DNA of 64,000 nucleotides, taken from the NCBI GenBank assembly GCA_051599415.1, contig AP039702.1, positions 186,001 through 250,000 of the forward strand, written 5' to 3'. Under the pieces are notes generated by a model. It was not told the DNA's origin. It worked only from the letters and a program-made list of their open reading frames with translations, and did not search any database. Positions 1 to 11,677 of the stretch are shown here, piece after piece (the first letter of the stretch is position 1; the number at the start of each line of letters is the position of its first letter). Origin of the DNA: Savitreella phatthalungensis. Lineage: Eukaryota. Made by a program: the position numbers and the translations under genes.

Positions 1-1094
1 GACCGTGATTGACTGAGCAAAATCCGTCAAGCAAGCAATTCCTTCTCCTTGACTCAAATTGTGTAGATCGAGCGCGTACGAGGCTCTTGCTGGCAGGCTG
101 GCGGCAAGTGCTGGTGTCGTGGAAGCCCTTGCGAGAGCGTCAGGCAGCCTGCAAGGCAAGAAGCTCCAGACGAGTATCCAGCGCTTTGTGACGCCCGGCT
201 GAAAGTCAGCTATCCCATAGCTCGTCACACCAACCTCTTTGAGCACCTCTACCAGTGCAACAACGCTTGAACTCTTCCCGAGCAACGTCGTGTACCACAT
301 CGCCCCACCGCCACCATCCCGACACCGAACGCTCTCGTCGATCAAACGGCGTGTAAACCCAATCTCACCACCACCAGTCACAAGCTCGCAACTAGCAGCC
401 TGCAGCTTGCCTCTGGGTCCTCTAGACTTCCGAGACTCAAGCTCGTCCATCTCGTTCTGGGAACTGTAGAAAGGCGGATTGCACATGGTGAATGTGAGTT
501 GTCCGGGTAGATCGTGCATGCAAGCTAAGAACGGCTCATCAGCGGTCACTTTGTGGAGCGTGATTTGAGTCTGCAGACGATTGCGAGCGATACACTGCGC
601 TGCGTGTGCGTGTGAGCGGTCGTCGGCTTCAGAGGCGTGGATATGCCATCCTGGATTCCGACGGGCCAAGAGCGCAGCGTAGACTGCATAGGCTCCTGTT
701 CCGATGTCGAGTCCTGCGATTGACGATACAGGCAAATCAAGCACCGCTCTCGCAAATCCAACCAGGCACTCGATCCACCGCACGTAAGCCAGCCGGCTAG
801 GCACCGTCGGGCACAGTCGATCTTCCACCAGCTCAATCTCGAGATCAAAATCACGTCGTAGTAAAACCTTCGTCACCAACCTTCCCACCAAACCATTCCC
901 ACCTCCAAAATCCAGACGGCCTCGATCACCAGCACTACATCAACCGTCAGCATGAATACGCAGACAAGTAGAATTGGAGGTTGCTATGCATACAGGTCAC
1001 GGAGTTCCAGTTCTTCTTCTACCAGTTGGGCGAAATCCACAGGGGACGTAGCGTAATCAACATCACGAGCATGCAGCAGCCTCTGACGATCCAT
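1..1094 (-). CDS. METTL16: METTL16/RlmF-family SAM-dependent m6A RNA methyltransferase (U6 snRNA m6A writer, Mtl16-like); 3' end lies beyond the left edge; intron 935..993
   Basis: Manual minus-strand translation: ATG 1094 MDRQRLLHARDVDYATSPVDFAQL; 59-nt intron GTATGC..GCTGAC..TAG; then LLRRDFDLEIELVEDRLCPTVPSRLAYVRWI, SAM motif GLDIGTGA, catalytic FTMCNPPFY, GGEIGF, WYTTLLGK, TKRWILVWSF; frame open to base 1. Confidence 0.92.
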
Positions 1095-1234
1095 CGATAG
1101 AGATGAAGCTCTCTAATAAGCATGGCAAGTCACTGACTCAAGCAACTCCAAGGACATGAAGATTCTTTGTAGACCTGTTCAAGAAAGGTGGTAGCATATC
1201 GTGCATCCACAGTCCTGTTGACGTTCGGTCTCGA

Positions 1235-1345
1235 TTCTAGAAATGAATTTCTAAGAACTTCTGGAAAATTCATTACAAATTCATGAATTTCATCTACAGT
1301 TTCTAATAATTCTGGAAATTTTGTAATGAAATTCTATGAATTTTT
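1235..1345. promoter_or_regulatory. Heat-shock element cluster upstream of Hsp110
   Basis: Three-unit HSE TTCtgGAAaaTTC at 1259-1271, plus TTCtaGAA (1235-1242) and TTCtgGAA (1310-1317), about 430 bp upstream of the Hsp110 ATG. Confidence 0.75.
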
Positions 1346-1703
1346 CATCTAAATTATACATTTGGCAGATGCACGCAACGGTCACAGCCTCTGACACATG
1401 CGCCAGGATACACACTCACTGCTCACACGCAAACACACACAGGAAAAAAAGAGTTACGTCTACACAACCAAAGTCCTTACCACATAGACTAAAAAAGAGG
1501 GAGACTTCCATCTCTACGCTCATTCAATAATCAAAGGTCAACCAGGTGACTTTACCTCTAGACTTCAATCTCAGCATCCAGTCACATTCAAAAACTAGAC
1601 TGTCAGAGCACTCCTAACTCCCCTCGCATCACTTCTTCCCCTTCATCTTTCATCAGGAACGTAAACTTTTCATCGACCTTTACCCCTCAATCTACTGTTC
1701 GCC

Positions 1704-3893
1704 ATGTCTGTCGTCGGTATTGATCTCGGCTCGGCAACAACAGTCGTCGCAGTTGCACGCAACCGTGGTATCGACGTCATCACCAACGAAGTTTCCAACC
1801 GAGCAACACCTACCCTTGTCGGATTCGCTACAAAGAACAGGACACTCGGTGAGCCAGCAAAGACAAATGAGATCTCAAACTTCAAGAACACCGTCGGTCA
1901 GATGAAGCGTATCATTGGCAGGCGTGCAGACGACCCAGAAATCCTCGAGATCGAGTCAAAGTACATCTCTGCTCAGCTCGTCGATGCCGGAAACGGTCAG
2001 GTCGGCACAAAAGTACAGTACCTCGGTGAGGAGGAGGTCTTCTCTTCCGTCCAGGTGACTGCTGCCTTCCTGACAAAGATCAAGGAGACCGCATCGATCG
2101 CACTCAAGTTGCCAGTCTCTGACGTCGTTATCTCTGTCCCAGGATGGTTCGCAGACAACCAGCGTCGCGCAGTCCTTGACGCTGCCGAGGTTGCTGGTCT
2201 CAACGTCCTTCGCCTCATGAACGACACCACCGCCTCTGCCCTCGGCTACGGTATCACGAAGACCGACCTGCCCGAGGACAAGCCCAGGAACGTGGTCATC
2301 TGCGACATTGGCCACTCCAACTACTCTGTCGCCGTCGTTGCCTACAAGAAGGGACAGCTCCAGGTCAAGTCGACTGCCTACGACCGTCACTTCGGTGGCC
2401 GTAACTTCGACGCTGCCCTCGTCGACCACTACGCTTCCGAATTCTCAGCCAAGTACAAGATCGACATCGCCTCAAACCCGAAGGCGATGTTCCGTCTGGT
2501 GGCAGCAGTCGAGAAGATGAAGAAGATCCTCTCGGCCAACGCCCAGGCTCCACTCTCTGTCGAGTCCATTATGAACGACATTGACGTGTCGGCCATGGTG
2601 AAGCGCGAGGAGCTGGAAGCGATGGTGAAACCTCTGCTCGAGCGTGTGACTGCGCCCGTCGAGGCTGCCCTCGCAGAGGCCGGTCTGACCGTGGCTGACG
2701 TTGATGCGATCGAGATGGTTGGTGGATGCACACGTGTGCCTGCCATCAAGGACGCCCTCCAGAACTTCTTCGGTAAGCCGCTATCCTTCACGCTGAACCA
2801 GGACGAGGCAGTCGCCCGTGGTTGTGCATTCGGCTGTGCTATCCTCTCGCCCGTTCTCCGCGTCCGTGACTTCACCATCCAGGACATCCAGCCCTACCCG
2901 ATCAAGTTCTCGTGGGAGAAGACGGCAGACATCCCTGACGAGGATGACTCCCTCGTTGTCTTCCCAAAGAACAACCCAGCCCCATCGACCAAGATCCTCA
3001 CCTTCTACCGCAAGGAGGCCTTCGCCCTCCAGGCGACCTACACCGACCCGTCCTCTCTCCCAGGCAAGATCGACCCTTGGGTCGGCACCTTCACCATCAA
3101 GGACGTCACCCCGAACTCCCAGGGCGACTACTCGATCGTCAAGGTCAAGGCGCGCGTCAACCTGCACGGCATCCTCAACGTCGAGTCTGCATACATTGTG
3201 GAGGAGGTCGAAGTGGAGGAGCCTATTCCTGAAGAGGAGCTGACGAAGGACACTGAGATGAAGGATGCACCAGCAGACGGTGCAGAAGCTCCAGAGGCAG
3301 ACGCCGAGGCAGAGCCACCGAAGCCAAAGACCCGTCTGGTCAAGAAGCTCGTCAAGAAGGCTGACCTGCCTGTCGTCTTTGCGTCCTCCTCGCTCGACGC
3401 TTCCCAGAAGAACATCCTGCGTGAGAAGGAGCTTGCAATGGCCCAGACCGACAAGCTCGTCTCCGAGACAGAGGACCGGAAGAACGCTTTGGAAGAGTAC
3501 ATCTACGAGCTTCGCGGCAAGCTCGAGGATGAGTGGGCTCCTTTCGCATCTGAGCAGGAGCGCGAGAAGATTTCTGCACAGCTGATGGATACTGAGGACT
3601 GGCTTTACGGCGACGGCGAGGACGCGAAGAAGGCCAAGTACGTTGCCAAGCTGGAAGACCTCCAGCGCCTTGCAGGACCGATCCGCGGCCGCTTCTTCGA
3701 GGAAGCCAACAAGAAGATCGAGGCCGAACGCGCAGCTCGTCAAGCCGCAGAAGCCAAACTTTCAAAGGGTAAATCACAATCATCACAAGAAGCAAGACCC
3801 CAAGTCCCAACATCCGAACAAGTCAACACGGAAAAGACAAAGGTCGATCTAGAACCCAAAGAGTACGATCTCCGTGACGCAGAAAACATCTAA
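1704..3893 (+). CDS. SSE1: Hsp110 (Sse1/Pss1/Hsp88) Hsp70-family nucleotide exchange factor
   Basis: MSVVGIDLG...RNRGIDVITNEVSNRATP, LGYGITKTDLPE, TLNQDEAVARGCA, acidic insertion, ETEDRKNALEEYIY; strong codon bias. Confidence 0.97.
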   Translation: MSVVGIDLGSATTVVAVARNRGIDVITNEVSNRATPTLVGFATKNRTLGEPAKTNEISNFKNTVGQMKRIIGRRADDPEILEIESKYISAQLVDAGNGQVGTKVQYLGEEEVFSSVQVTAAFLTKIKETASIALKLPVSDVVISVPGWFADNQRRAVLDAAEVAGLNVLRLMNDTTASALGYGITKTDLPEDKPRNVVICDIGHSNYSVAVVAYKKGQLQVKSTAYDRHFGGRNFDAALVDHYASEFSAKYKIDIASNPKAMFRLVAAVEKMKKILSANAQAPLSVESIMNDIDVSAMVKREELEAMVKPLLERVTAPVEAALAEAGLTVADVDAIEMVGGCTRVPAIKDALQNFFGKPLSFTLNQDEAVARGCAFGCAILSPVLRVRDFTIQDIQPYPIKFSWEKTADIPDEDDSLVVFPKNNPAPSTKILTFYRKEAFALQATYTDPSSLPGKIDPWVGTFTIKDVTPNSQGDYSIVKVKARVNLHGILNVESAYIVEEVEVEEPIPEEELTKDTEMKDAPADGAEAPEADAEAEPPKPKTRLVKKLVKKADLPVVFASSSLDASQKNILREKELAMAQTDKLVSETEDRKNALEEYIYELRGKLEDEWAPFASEQEREKISAQLMDTEDWLYGDGEDAKKAKYVAKLEDLQRLAGPIRGRFFEEANKKIEAERAARQAAEAKLSKGKSQSSQEARPQVPTSEQVNTEKTKVDLEPKEYDLRDAENI

Positions 3894-3951
3894 GCCCCGC
3901 CGCAACCCAGCCTAGCCCACCCAATAGAAATCACATCCGTAACCCACTACA

Positions 3952-6393
3952 CTACATCTGTGTATGATCGAGTGCCGTCCTTGTCATGATGCTCCTGACG
4001 GCGTGCTGAACGATCGGTAGTACGATTTTGATATCGATCTGTGTGGGAATTGAGTGAGTTGCATGCCAAACTCCTTGGACCACATTAGCACAGTCTCCCA
4101 TCGTCATCGTTCCACCCTCACCTTCCATCATCATCGTCCTCAACCACCTACGCTCACCTTCGTCCTCCAACAGCCCGCCGCAAACAAGTAGACCTACAGT
4201 GTCGACGACGTGGGTGACACACGTTCGTCTCTGGTGGGTTACCGGATGCATCAATCCTGCGTATAACGCAAAGTACTCCGCCACGAGCGCTCGGCTTGAA
4301 AGTCTCCCGATTGCCAGCTTGCACTGTAGGAATAGCATGGCGAGCGCGGTGTAGCCAGGGTGGGTGTAGGCCCGATAACCGAATGGTGATAGTGCCACTT
4401 GTGCCGTCCCACCACTCGTCGTGTGCGGCTGGCGTGAGAAGGTCGATGGGTCACACAGGCGAGCGAATTGGGACTCGGCTTGGAAGAGTTGGCTCGAGAT
4501 GGAGTCAAACTCGCGAGCGATGGTGTCGTGGTATTTGGTGAGGGGAGGTTGATGACTTGGGTCGGAGAAATGATGATCTAGTCTGGCTGATTGGGAGACG
4601 AGGTCGAATGCGCGGCCACGTAGGAGGAATAGAGTACGCATCAGAAGGTCGTAAGGGGCGATTGGCTCTGGGAGGTCGTGTGGCAGCATTAGTAAAGGGG
4701 TTTGTGTGAGGAGGGAGAGCTGGGAGGAGAGTCTGAAGGTGACCTCTGTCAGGTAGAGGAGGGTATGTTCTTCTTTCGTATTGACGCCACGGTAGACGGC
4801 GCGGATGTTGGCTCCGCGGAAGCAGGAGATTGCGTTGATTAGGTGATACTCGGCAGCCGTGTAGCTACCAATCTCGATCGCCTGTGCGTACAAGAAGAGC
4901 GAGCAAGTCCATGATCGTAGCAGGTGGAACGATGAGCCGACCGTTCGTCGAAGGTGGTGGACTACGCCTTCCTGAAAGCACGCTAGCTGAAGAGGTGATC
5001 TGAATCGCGAGATGTCGTGAATCAGGAGAGTTGCACTTGGTTCCAGGTCACTAAGAACGGGGAGGACGACGAGGACGAAGAAGTTAGTTTGGGCTGGGGA
5101 TCCGAGTTTCTCGCCGTACGACAGCTCGAAGATGCCGCTTGTGAATCGGGTGAGCGCTGCCGACCGAAGTGCTGCGATTGTTCGATTGGGAGTGGAGGTT
5201 GTCGCAGGCACTTCACGTGCCCAGAGGACCAAATCCGTTGGTACAGAAGGCGCGCGTGTGGTGAACGAGTCTGTGAGAGGTTGCGGCTGGAGCGCTTTCA
5301 GACCAAACGCTGTGCTTGCGACGTACAACTTACTGCTCAGGGCAGACTCTGTCAGGTACTGAAGCGAGGTGCGCCTTGCCGGTGTCAGACAGGTATCAGC
5401 AGCGAGGTCTACCGGAGGGAGCGATGCCGGGGTCGCTGCGTGATAGTGCGGTGCTGACATCGTGTATGTAGAGCCATTTGGGCTTGGACGAACGAAGCTG
5501 GACCGGCGTTGATCAGGGGAGACCGCAGGCGTGTGTGGGATCGTGTACGCTGATGCGTGCGAGGCGGGTAAGGTGGTTTGTGGAGAGGCGTCGCTCGAGT
5601 TTGAGGGCCACTGGGCGTCTGAAACAGAAGCTCTGCGCGGCCTCTGGTTTACGGAGCTGCGAAACTCCGGAGATTCTCCGAGTTGGCGATGGCCGTTTTG
5701 GTCGGGCTCGAGACCGTTGTGCGATGAGCGAGGCCACGACTCGATTACTGCGCTCGAACTGTAGGCGCGGCTCATTGTCTGGGCGCCGGAGACATCGTTG
5801 ACTCGAGGCTGTAGAGACTGGATCTTGCCTGTGCGCGTGCCACCTTGCCACTTGCAGGTCCGGTCGTGCTCGGTGCACTGGGAACAGATAGGTTTGGTCT
5901 CGCTGCACTTGATTCGCTTCGCCCTGCACGTGAGACAGCCTGTCTTTGAACGCTGCAGCTTGACTTTTTGAGGAGACGAGCTGGCGCTCTCTGTGGACGA
6001 GGTCCGGGTCATTGGGCCTGTTCTCGATGACAGGCCGCCTGATGTGCGATGCGACGTCACGGAGGACGAGTGTGTATAGTATGAACCTGAGCGAGGATAT
6101 CTTTCTTCTGGCGAGGAAGGGAGCACCTGACCTGGCGGTGTTCTTGATGATGGGCGTAGTGGCAGATCAATCTCCATGACCACGTCACCTGCTTGCGAGG
6201 AGTGCGAGTCGATGGGAGATATGAGGGTATGCGATGTCGACTGGTCAGTGGGCGAAGACGTCCTCTTATCTTGGTGGAGGCTGTTGTAGGGACGAGGTTG
6301 ATGGTGATGCGAATGATCTGCTGGGCGCGACGGTGGCCCGCGCTGATCCATCTTGAAGCTCTCTTGATGCGTCTCCGGTGGAGTGTTGAGCAT
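3952..6393 (-). CDS. Zn(II)2Cys6 fungal transcription factor
   Basis: RSKTGCLTCRAKRIKCSETKPICSQCTEHDRTC binuclear cluster with a C-terminal helical domain. First ATG is at 6393; the frame stays open to 6747. Confidence 0.88.
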   Translation of the reverse strand: MLNTPPETHQESFKMDQRGPPSRPADHSHHHQPRPYNSLHQDKRTSSPTDQSTSHTLISPIDSHSSQAGDVVMEIDLPLRPSSRTPPGQVLPSSPEERYPRSGSYYTHSSSVTSHRTSGGLSSRTGPMTRTSSTESASSSPQKVKLQRSKTGCLTCRAKRIKCSETKPICSQCTEHDRTCKWQGGTRTGKIQSLQPRVNDVSGAQTMSRAYSSSAVIESWPRSSHNGLEPDQNGHRQLGESPEFRSSVNQRPRRASVSDAQWPSNSSDASPQTTLPASHASAYTIPHTPAVSPDQRRSSFVRPSPNGSTYTMSAPHYHAATPASLPPVDLAADTCLTPARRTSLQYLTESALSSKLYVASTAFGLKALQPQPLTDSFTTRAPSVPTDLVLWAREVPATTSTPNRTIAALRSAALTRFTSGIFELSYGEKLGSPAQTNFFVLVVLPVLSDLEPSATLLIHDISRFRSPLQLACFQEGVVHHLRRTVGSSFHLLRSWTCSLFLYAQAIEIGSYTAAEYHLINAISCFRGANIRAVYRGVNTKEEHTLLYLTEVTFRLSSQLSLLTQTPLLMLPHDLPEPIAPYDLLMRTLFLLRGRAFDLVSQSARLDHHFSDPSHQPPLTKYHDTIAREFDSISSQLFQAESQFARLCDPSTFSRQPHTTSGGTAQVALSPFGYRAYTHPGYTALAMLFLQCKLAIGRLSSRALVAEYFALYAGLMHPVTHQRRTCVTHVVDTVGLLVCGGLLEDEGERRWLRTMMMEGEGGTMTMGDCANVVQGVWHATHSIPTQIDIKIVLPIVQHAVRSIMTRTALDHTQM

Positions 6394-9300
6394 CGCGCTC
6401 AGAGGTCTCAGGTCGTCCGTCCGCGCAGTCTTCGCAGGGCGGCGAAGAGCAAAGCGGTCTGGGATGACGTCGATGTCGAGACGATTAGGGAAACGAATGA
6501 GCCTTGCGAGTGGTTGGAGAGTCGTATAATCGGAAGCTTGATAAAACCCTCCAAGTTGTACTAGCCCGCCGGGACCTCGTTCGACGCGCAGTGAAGCTGT
6601 TAGTGTTGCAGGAGGCGAGATAGGCGGCGATATGAAGCGGGATCTGCAGCCTGGACAAAGGGGCTCACACACTTGAGCAGGCCTGCTGGGAAGGGTTCTG
6701 CTTAGAGGCGCGTTCCTTGAGCTAAGGCCACAGAGAAGAGACAACAAGTGCTAGTTGAGGTAGCCTTGTGAGACGAGGACGTTGGACAAGAGCGGCCTCT
6801 TTAGGGTAGGTCCTGCAGGTTACTAATGAAGACGGAGGAGGCTAGGTTGATGAGGTGTTACGCTGTCGCGCGTGCTCGTGCTTATGGCGTGTCTCGTGTA
6901 TGCGTGCGCGAGCGTGTACTTGAGCGTGTGCGCGCGTGCGCGTGTCCTATGAGGCGTGGACGAATCGGCGCGTGGTAGATAGAGAGCCTAGCGAATAGCT
7001 GGAGAAGGTCAAGATGACCGAATGTCGCTTGTCTGAGGCAACGAACGTGTCGATGCGTCTTTAGCCGTGTCTGCGTCTGCGTGACAAAAGGTCGATCACC
7101 GCAGCACGTCACAAGGTCTACTTGCCTTTCGGGCTTGAGATAAGGTGTTCGCGCGTGAAAGAATCGTGTAGCCGAAGTAGAGTGCGCGAACCGACAGGCC
7201 AAAGATGGAACAACTGCGTCTGGCTGCTGGCTACTATATTCAGTACCTTCGGTAGCAATCGCCTAGCGAAGACGACTCCATGACGCGATCTTAAATTGAG
7301 GAGGCAAAGACTCTTTAGATCAGATGTTGTATATTGAACACCCTGTTAGTCTGACAGAAAATGAGGCGAGTCTCTCGGCAAGAGTGAAGCGGAAAAGAAG
7401 TCACACGGCCCGGATGATCGATCTTGAGCTTGGAATGGACTGCTGATAGTCAGGTGTGACGCTCAGGCTGAGACAGGACAAGTAAGAATGAGCGATATTG
7501 ATGTCGATGTCGATGTCGATGCTTCAGATTGAATGGTCGATAGTGTTAGAATAGAGACCGGTAACTTTGGGATGTTCGCGCTTGTCGCGTGGTGCGTGGT
7601 GCGGAAAGTCCTGCGTCAGTGTCGACGTGAAAGTGAGCGTGGTCGGAGGCGTGGACAGCACAGCAAAGGGATTTCGCTGTGAGAGAGAGAAAGGACTGCC
7701 AAGAATAGAATCGTCTTCGTCGTGCTGCGTGACCAGATGCTCTAGCCGTGACGACGTCGCTAAGTGAACGAATACGCACACGCGCTACAAAGTAATGGTG
7801 GTTGCTGAACCCGTCCAGAAGAATCTTCAGATTGATTGCGCGCGCGCGCGACTCGCACTGCTCGACGAGTGCACGCTCCTGCCTTGACCCGCGACTGATC
7901 TCGCTGGCAGGTGTTGTGTCCGTGAGGATGGACGATACTAAAGAGTATCTTGTGCCGGGATAGGAAATCGGTCGGGGCTTTGCGTTACAACGTCGTTCGC
8001 ACGGACGCGCGCGCAGGGGCGACCCAGCAGATGAGCCCAAATGTGGGGCTTCCTTATGAGCGAGGTGCGCGATCCAAGGTGAATGCCCGAATGTGATCGA
8101 AACGGATGGTGTATAGCCAGCGCATAGATTTGTGTTATGTGGAGGAGGATCGACGTTGAGGACGTCAAGGTAAATGCCTCATTTAGGCAGATAGAGCTGG
8201 GAAGAGATGAGGTGATCAGAAGCGAAGCGGGAAGAGTTGACCCATGATCGACTGTCTCGGAGATCCGGAGATCAAGTTCCGTAGAATGGTGTGAAGGCCT
8301 GCCGGCGTTTGGTGGAATCACATGTTGTACCCAGGCAGAGGTCTGGTGGTACCGTTGGCCGGGAAGAGCAAGACACTTTGAGAAGTCAATTGATCGCGTG
8401 ATGAAGACACAGGATAGGAAGAAGGCGATGCGTGAATGGGTGAGTCAAGAGAGCTGAGATGCTCGGTTGCTTAGACGAGATCGTGATGAAGTTCGATGAA
8501 CAGAAACGCGCGCATGCATTTGGGACTTGTACTCAGACGTACAAGTCAAAGTACAAGGGCCTAACACATCCTCAGGTGTCTTTCATCATAACAGGATCGT
8601 GGGTCACCCGATTCGTCAGCTAGCCGGTAGACCCTCCGCGCCTCTCGATCAGACCATGAATGCCAGTTTGAGAGCTTCCGGATAGTTAGGACCTCTAGAA
8701 GCATGAAGCGATGAGCATTAGCAGGTTTGGTCATGTCGATGTGGAGATGATCTTCCGAGGGATATTGCAGCACACGAATCACGCTTCATTTGTGTTGGCT
8801 GGAATTCCGTGGGGGGGATAGTGCCCGTGTGTGAGGGTGTTTAAGGATAGGCCGCGCCTTTGAAATGTCGTTGATAGGCGGGCAAGTGGAATGGGCGCGC
8901 ATAGTCCAATCAAGGGTATGAGAGAGGCATTGGTGGATGGACGTATAGGTGTGTAGACAGAAGCGTGGAGGTGAGACTGGTACTGAGACTGGCCGAAGTC
9001 GGATTTGAATAGAATGACCAGGATAGTGTCGCAACACTGTATCGCAGGCCAGCGCTGACAGCACAATTAGGAAGATACGAAGGGCGGCTAGTCAGATGGT
9101 GGTTATTCGTCACGATCGACATCTTGGAGATCTCATTTCTGCTCTGATGGTTATGAGATGGGAGCCTGGAAGGTTGGAAGGAATGTCGATCCTTTTGGTT
9201 GGGTGTCTGCTTTCACTTTTGGCTGTTACAGATCCTGGAATTGCGGCTCTCGAGCGGAAGCCCTTAAATCCCAGGATTCCACGTTCAGACTGCAGGCCTT

Positions 9301-9616
9301 TGAAGTAAATTAAATCACACTCTGCTGAAGGAAGACAGGAAGCTGGGAAGCAGAGACATGTGAACGCGTACGCGAGAGTAGACCGTCCAACGTGTGGATA
9401 GGTCTTACTTCTTCGTGGGTCGACATGTTTGTGGCAACGGAATAGTCACCGAAACAGCATAGAGCACAGATCACATACTTTACGAGGAATTTGCTGTGGA
9501 TATCCACTCCCAGAGTTCTTTCCATGGTGTACCATCATTTACTCTGCCTGTCATATACTACCCTGGTGCTGTAAACTCCTGTCCTGCATTGATTTGTGTT
9601 GTGTTGAGGTGAGGTG

Positions 9617-11677
9617 TTATCGACGACGTTCACGCGTCTCCGCAGCCCAACCTGGAATACTCTGTGTACCATTACTGCCGGGTGTCTCCTCATCGTTGTC
9701 CGCATTGTGCTTGGCGCCCGATGTTGGGCCGAGGCCGACTTGCTTGTCAACGTCGAGATCAGGGTCGTAGGCCCACGGGTCGTGCAGCTGTTTCTGTGCA
9801 GTTGCGCGGTGGTGCGGGTCTGTCTGGAGCATCGGGGAAAGGAAGTTCGACAGGGCTTCGGAGTCATTCCACGAGAGATGGTACTTGTCGTGGAGCACAT
9901 CCACCAATGACCACATGTTCAGCTTGTCGATTTTCCGCAACACACCTTTCCGATTGAACAGCTCGTTCGAGAACCGACCGCTAAGCGCAAGGTGCTTCGG
10001 CAATGTCCCTAGCAACTCCATAATTTGCGCCATGTGGTCATCATCCTTGTCGTACGACTTTCCGGACTTCGGATCAAACAGGTAGTCTCCAGTCAGGAGC
10101 TCGAAAATCATGCATGCAAAGCTCCAAAGGTCAGCACTAGCACCCCACTTGGCTCCGAGGATCACCTCTGGCGACCGATACTGCCGCGTCTGGATGTCGT
10201 TTGTGAAGTGGTGGTGCGTCCAGCAGGCATTTCCGAGGTCGGCTATTTTGACCGTGATACGGGACAGGTCGAGATTCGGCAGTTTTGACGAGCTCGGCAG
10301 CAGGTTGCTCACCACGCGAGGTCCCTCGAGTTTGGGTGCAGGAGTCTGGACGCCATGCGGTGCCGCCGTTAGCGACTCGCCTGACGCCGTCATGTGCGTC
10401 ATCGGTGGCGAGTCGGCAGTCTGCGATGATGAGTGCCCGCCGCCTGAAGGCGAGCCACTTTGCGATTCCAGAGAGATTGAAGATACATGGGAAGTGATGT
10501 GGTCGTCTGTTCGTTGCCGCGTGATGCTCGGTGGTGTTTGTGATTTTGCCGGTGACGTGCCAGACATGGAGACGTCTTTCGAAGCATTTGGACCGAGGTT
10601 GGATGCATGCTTCACCTGACTTGTGTCACGCGTCACAGGAGACCCGTTCGAGTTCGAGCCGATGTACGACGAAGCCTTCAAGTGGATGGAGCCTGCAGGC
10701 GAGGGTAGCGGCTGTGAGCCTGTGATGATACGCGAATACCGTGGTCTTCGTGCGCTGCCGCCACCACCGCCGGACAACCCAGGAGGAAGACGCATCTCGA
10801 GTGCAGTCTGTTGTGCTGCGGCCTTGGCCACCTCTTCGACATCCTCAATCGCGATCAGCACATTCTCTGGCTTCAAGTCTGTATGGATGATGCCACATTC
10901 ACGATGTAGGTAGTCAAGTGCAAGCAGAATCTGTCGTGCAATCTGCTTGACGACATTGATCGGGATACCGCGGTGCTCATATCGACGTATCAATCCGAGT
11001 AGGTTTTCTCCGAGCACCTCAAACACCATGCAGACGTGTCGTCCGTTGGGTCCCTCGTGCTCGAACTGATCCAGCAAGCCGACGACGTGGGCGTAGCCCG
11101 GATGATCTGGATTGGCCTCTGCTACACATTGACATAATTTGATCTCGTCGATCGCGGTCTCGGTGTAATGTGCAGCAGAACGAACAACTTTTAGCGCCAC
11201 ATGCCGTTGCTTTTCTGTATCTAGTGCAAGCCAGACTGTGGAAAAGTGTCCCCAGCCAAGTTTCCGCACCGTCACATAACGACCACTTTTGTAAGTCTCG
11301 TTGAGCTTGACGGGGTGATAGCCACCTGGACAGTAGTCCTCAAAGTCCTCTTCTTCTTCAGGCTCGCTCGCTGGATTGGAAGTCCCTGGTGTTGACTGTA
11401 GCGAGGTGGTGTTGCCTGAAGCTGCGGCTGCTGCGGCTTTTAGACCAGCTGCGGCTGCTGCAGACGGGTTCGATGCCAGCATGCTTCCTGCCGGTGCTGC
11501 CGCGGCGAGCTTGTCTGAAGAGATTGCGCCTCCTGACACGTTCCGAGGCGCGGACGAGCTGCTGCTCTGACTATGCGATGCACTACCCTTCACCTCAGCC
11601 TTCTTGCGTTTCTTGGCTGCTTGGACGGCACCTTTTGCCTTCTGTATCGCATTCTTCTTGACCTTCGCCGGGTCCAT
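9617..11677 (-). CDS. SKY1: SR-protein kinase (SRPK; Sky1/Dsk1)
   Basis: EDYCPGGYHPV, KLGWGHFSTVWL, IIHTDLKPEN, long spacer insert, KIADLGNACW, DIQTRQYRSPEV. Confidence 0.96.
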   Translation of the reverse strand: MDPAKVKKNAIQKAKGAVQAAKKRKKAEVKGSASHSQSSSSSAPRNVSGGAISSDKLAAAAPAGSMLASNPSAAAAAGLKAAAAAASGNTTSLQSTPGTSNPASEPEEEEDFEDYCPGGYHPVKLNETYKSGRYVTVRKLGWGHFSTVWLALDTEKQRHVALKVVRSAAHYTETAIDEIKLCQCVAEANPDHPGYAHVVGLLDQFEHEGPNGRHVCMVFEVLGENLLGLIRRYEHRGIPINVVKQIARQILLALDYLHRECGIIHTDLKPENVLIAIEDVEEVAKAAAQQTALEMRLPPGLSGGGGGSARRPRYSRIITGSQPLPSPAGSIHLKASSYIGSNSNGSPVTRDTSQVKHASNLGPNASKDVSMSGTSPAKSQTPPSITRQRTDDHITSHVSSISLESQSGSPSGGGHSSSQTADSPPMTHMTASGESLTAAPHGVQTPAPKLEGPRVVSNLLPSSSKLPNLDLSRITVKIADLGNACWTHHHFTNDIQTRQYRSPEVILGAKWGASADLWSFACMIFELLTGDYLFDPKSGKSYDKDDDHMAQIMELLGTLPKHLALSGRFSNELFNRKGVLRKIDKLNMWSLVDVLHDKYHLSWNDSEALSNFLSPMLQTDPHHRATAQKQLHDPWAYDPDLDVDKQVGLGPTSGAKHNADNDEETPGSNGTQSIPGWAAETRERRR

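Noticed and set aside
1956..3813. Long antisense and alternate-frame ORFs over Hsp110 (also over IDH, UPF2, MedA, FGGY and GH128)
   Set aside because: Shadow ORFs expected from GC-rich biased codon usage; no recognisable motifs.
8398..8589. C-box and D-box-like words (GTGATGA..CTGA on +, ATGATGA..CTGA on -)
   Set aside because: Spans of only about 60 nt, with no convincing rRNA complement or terminal stem.
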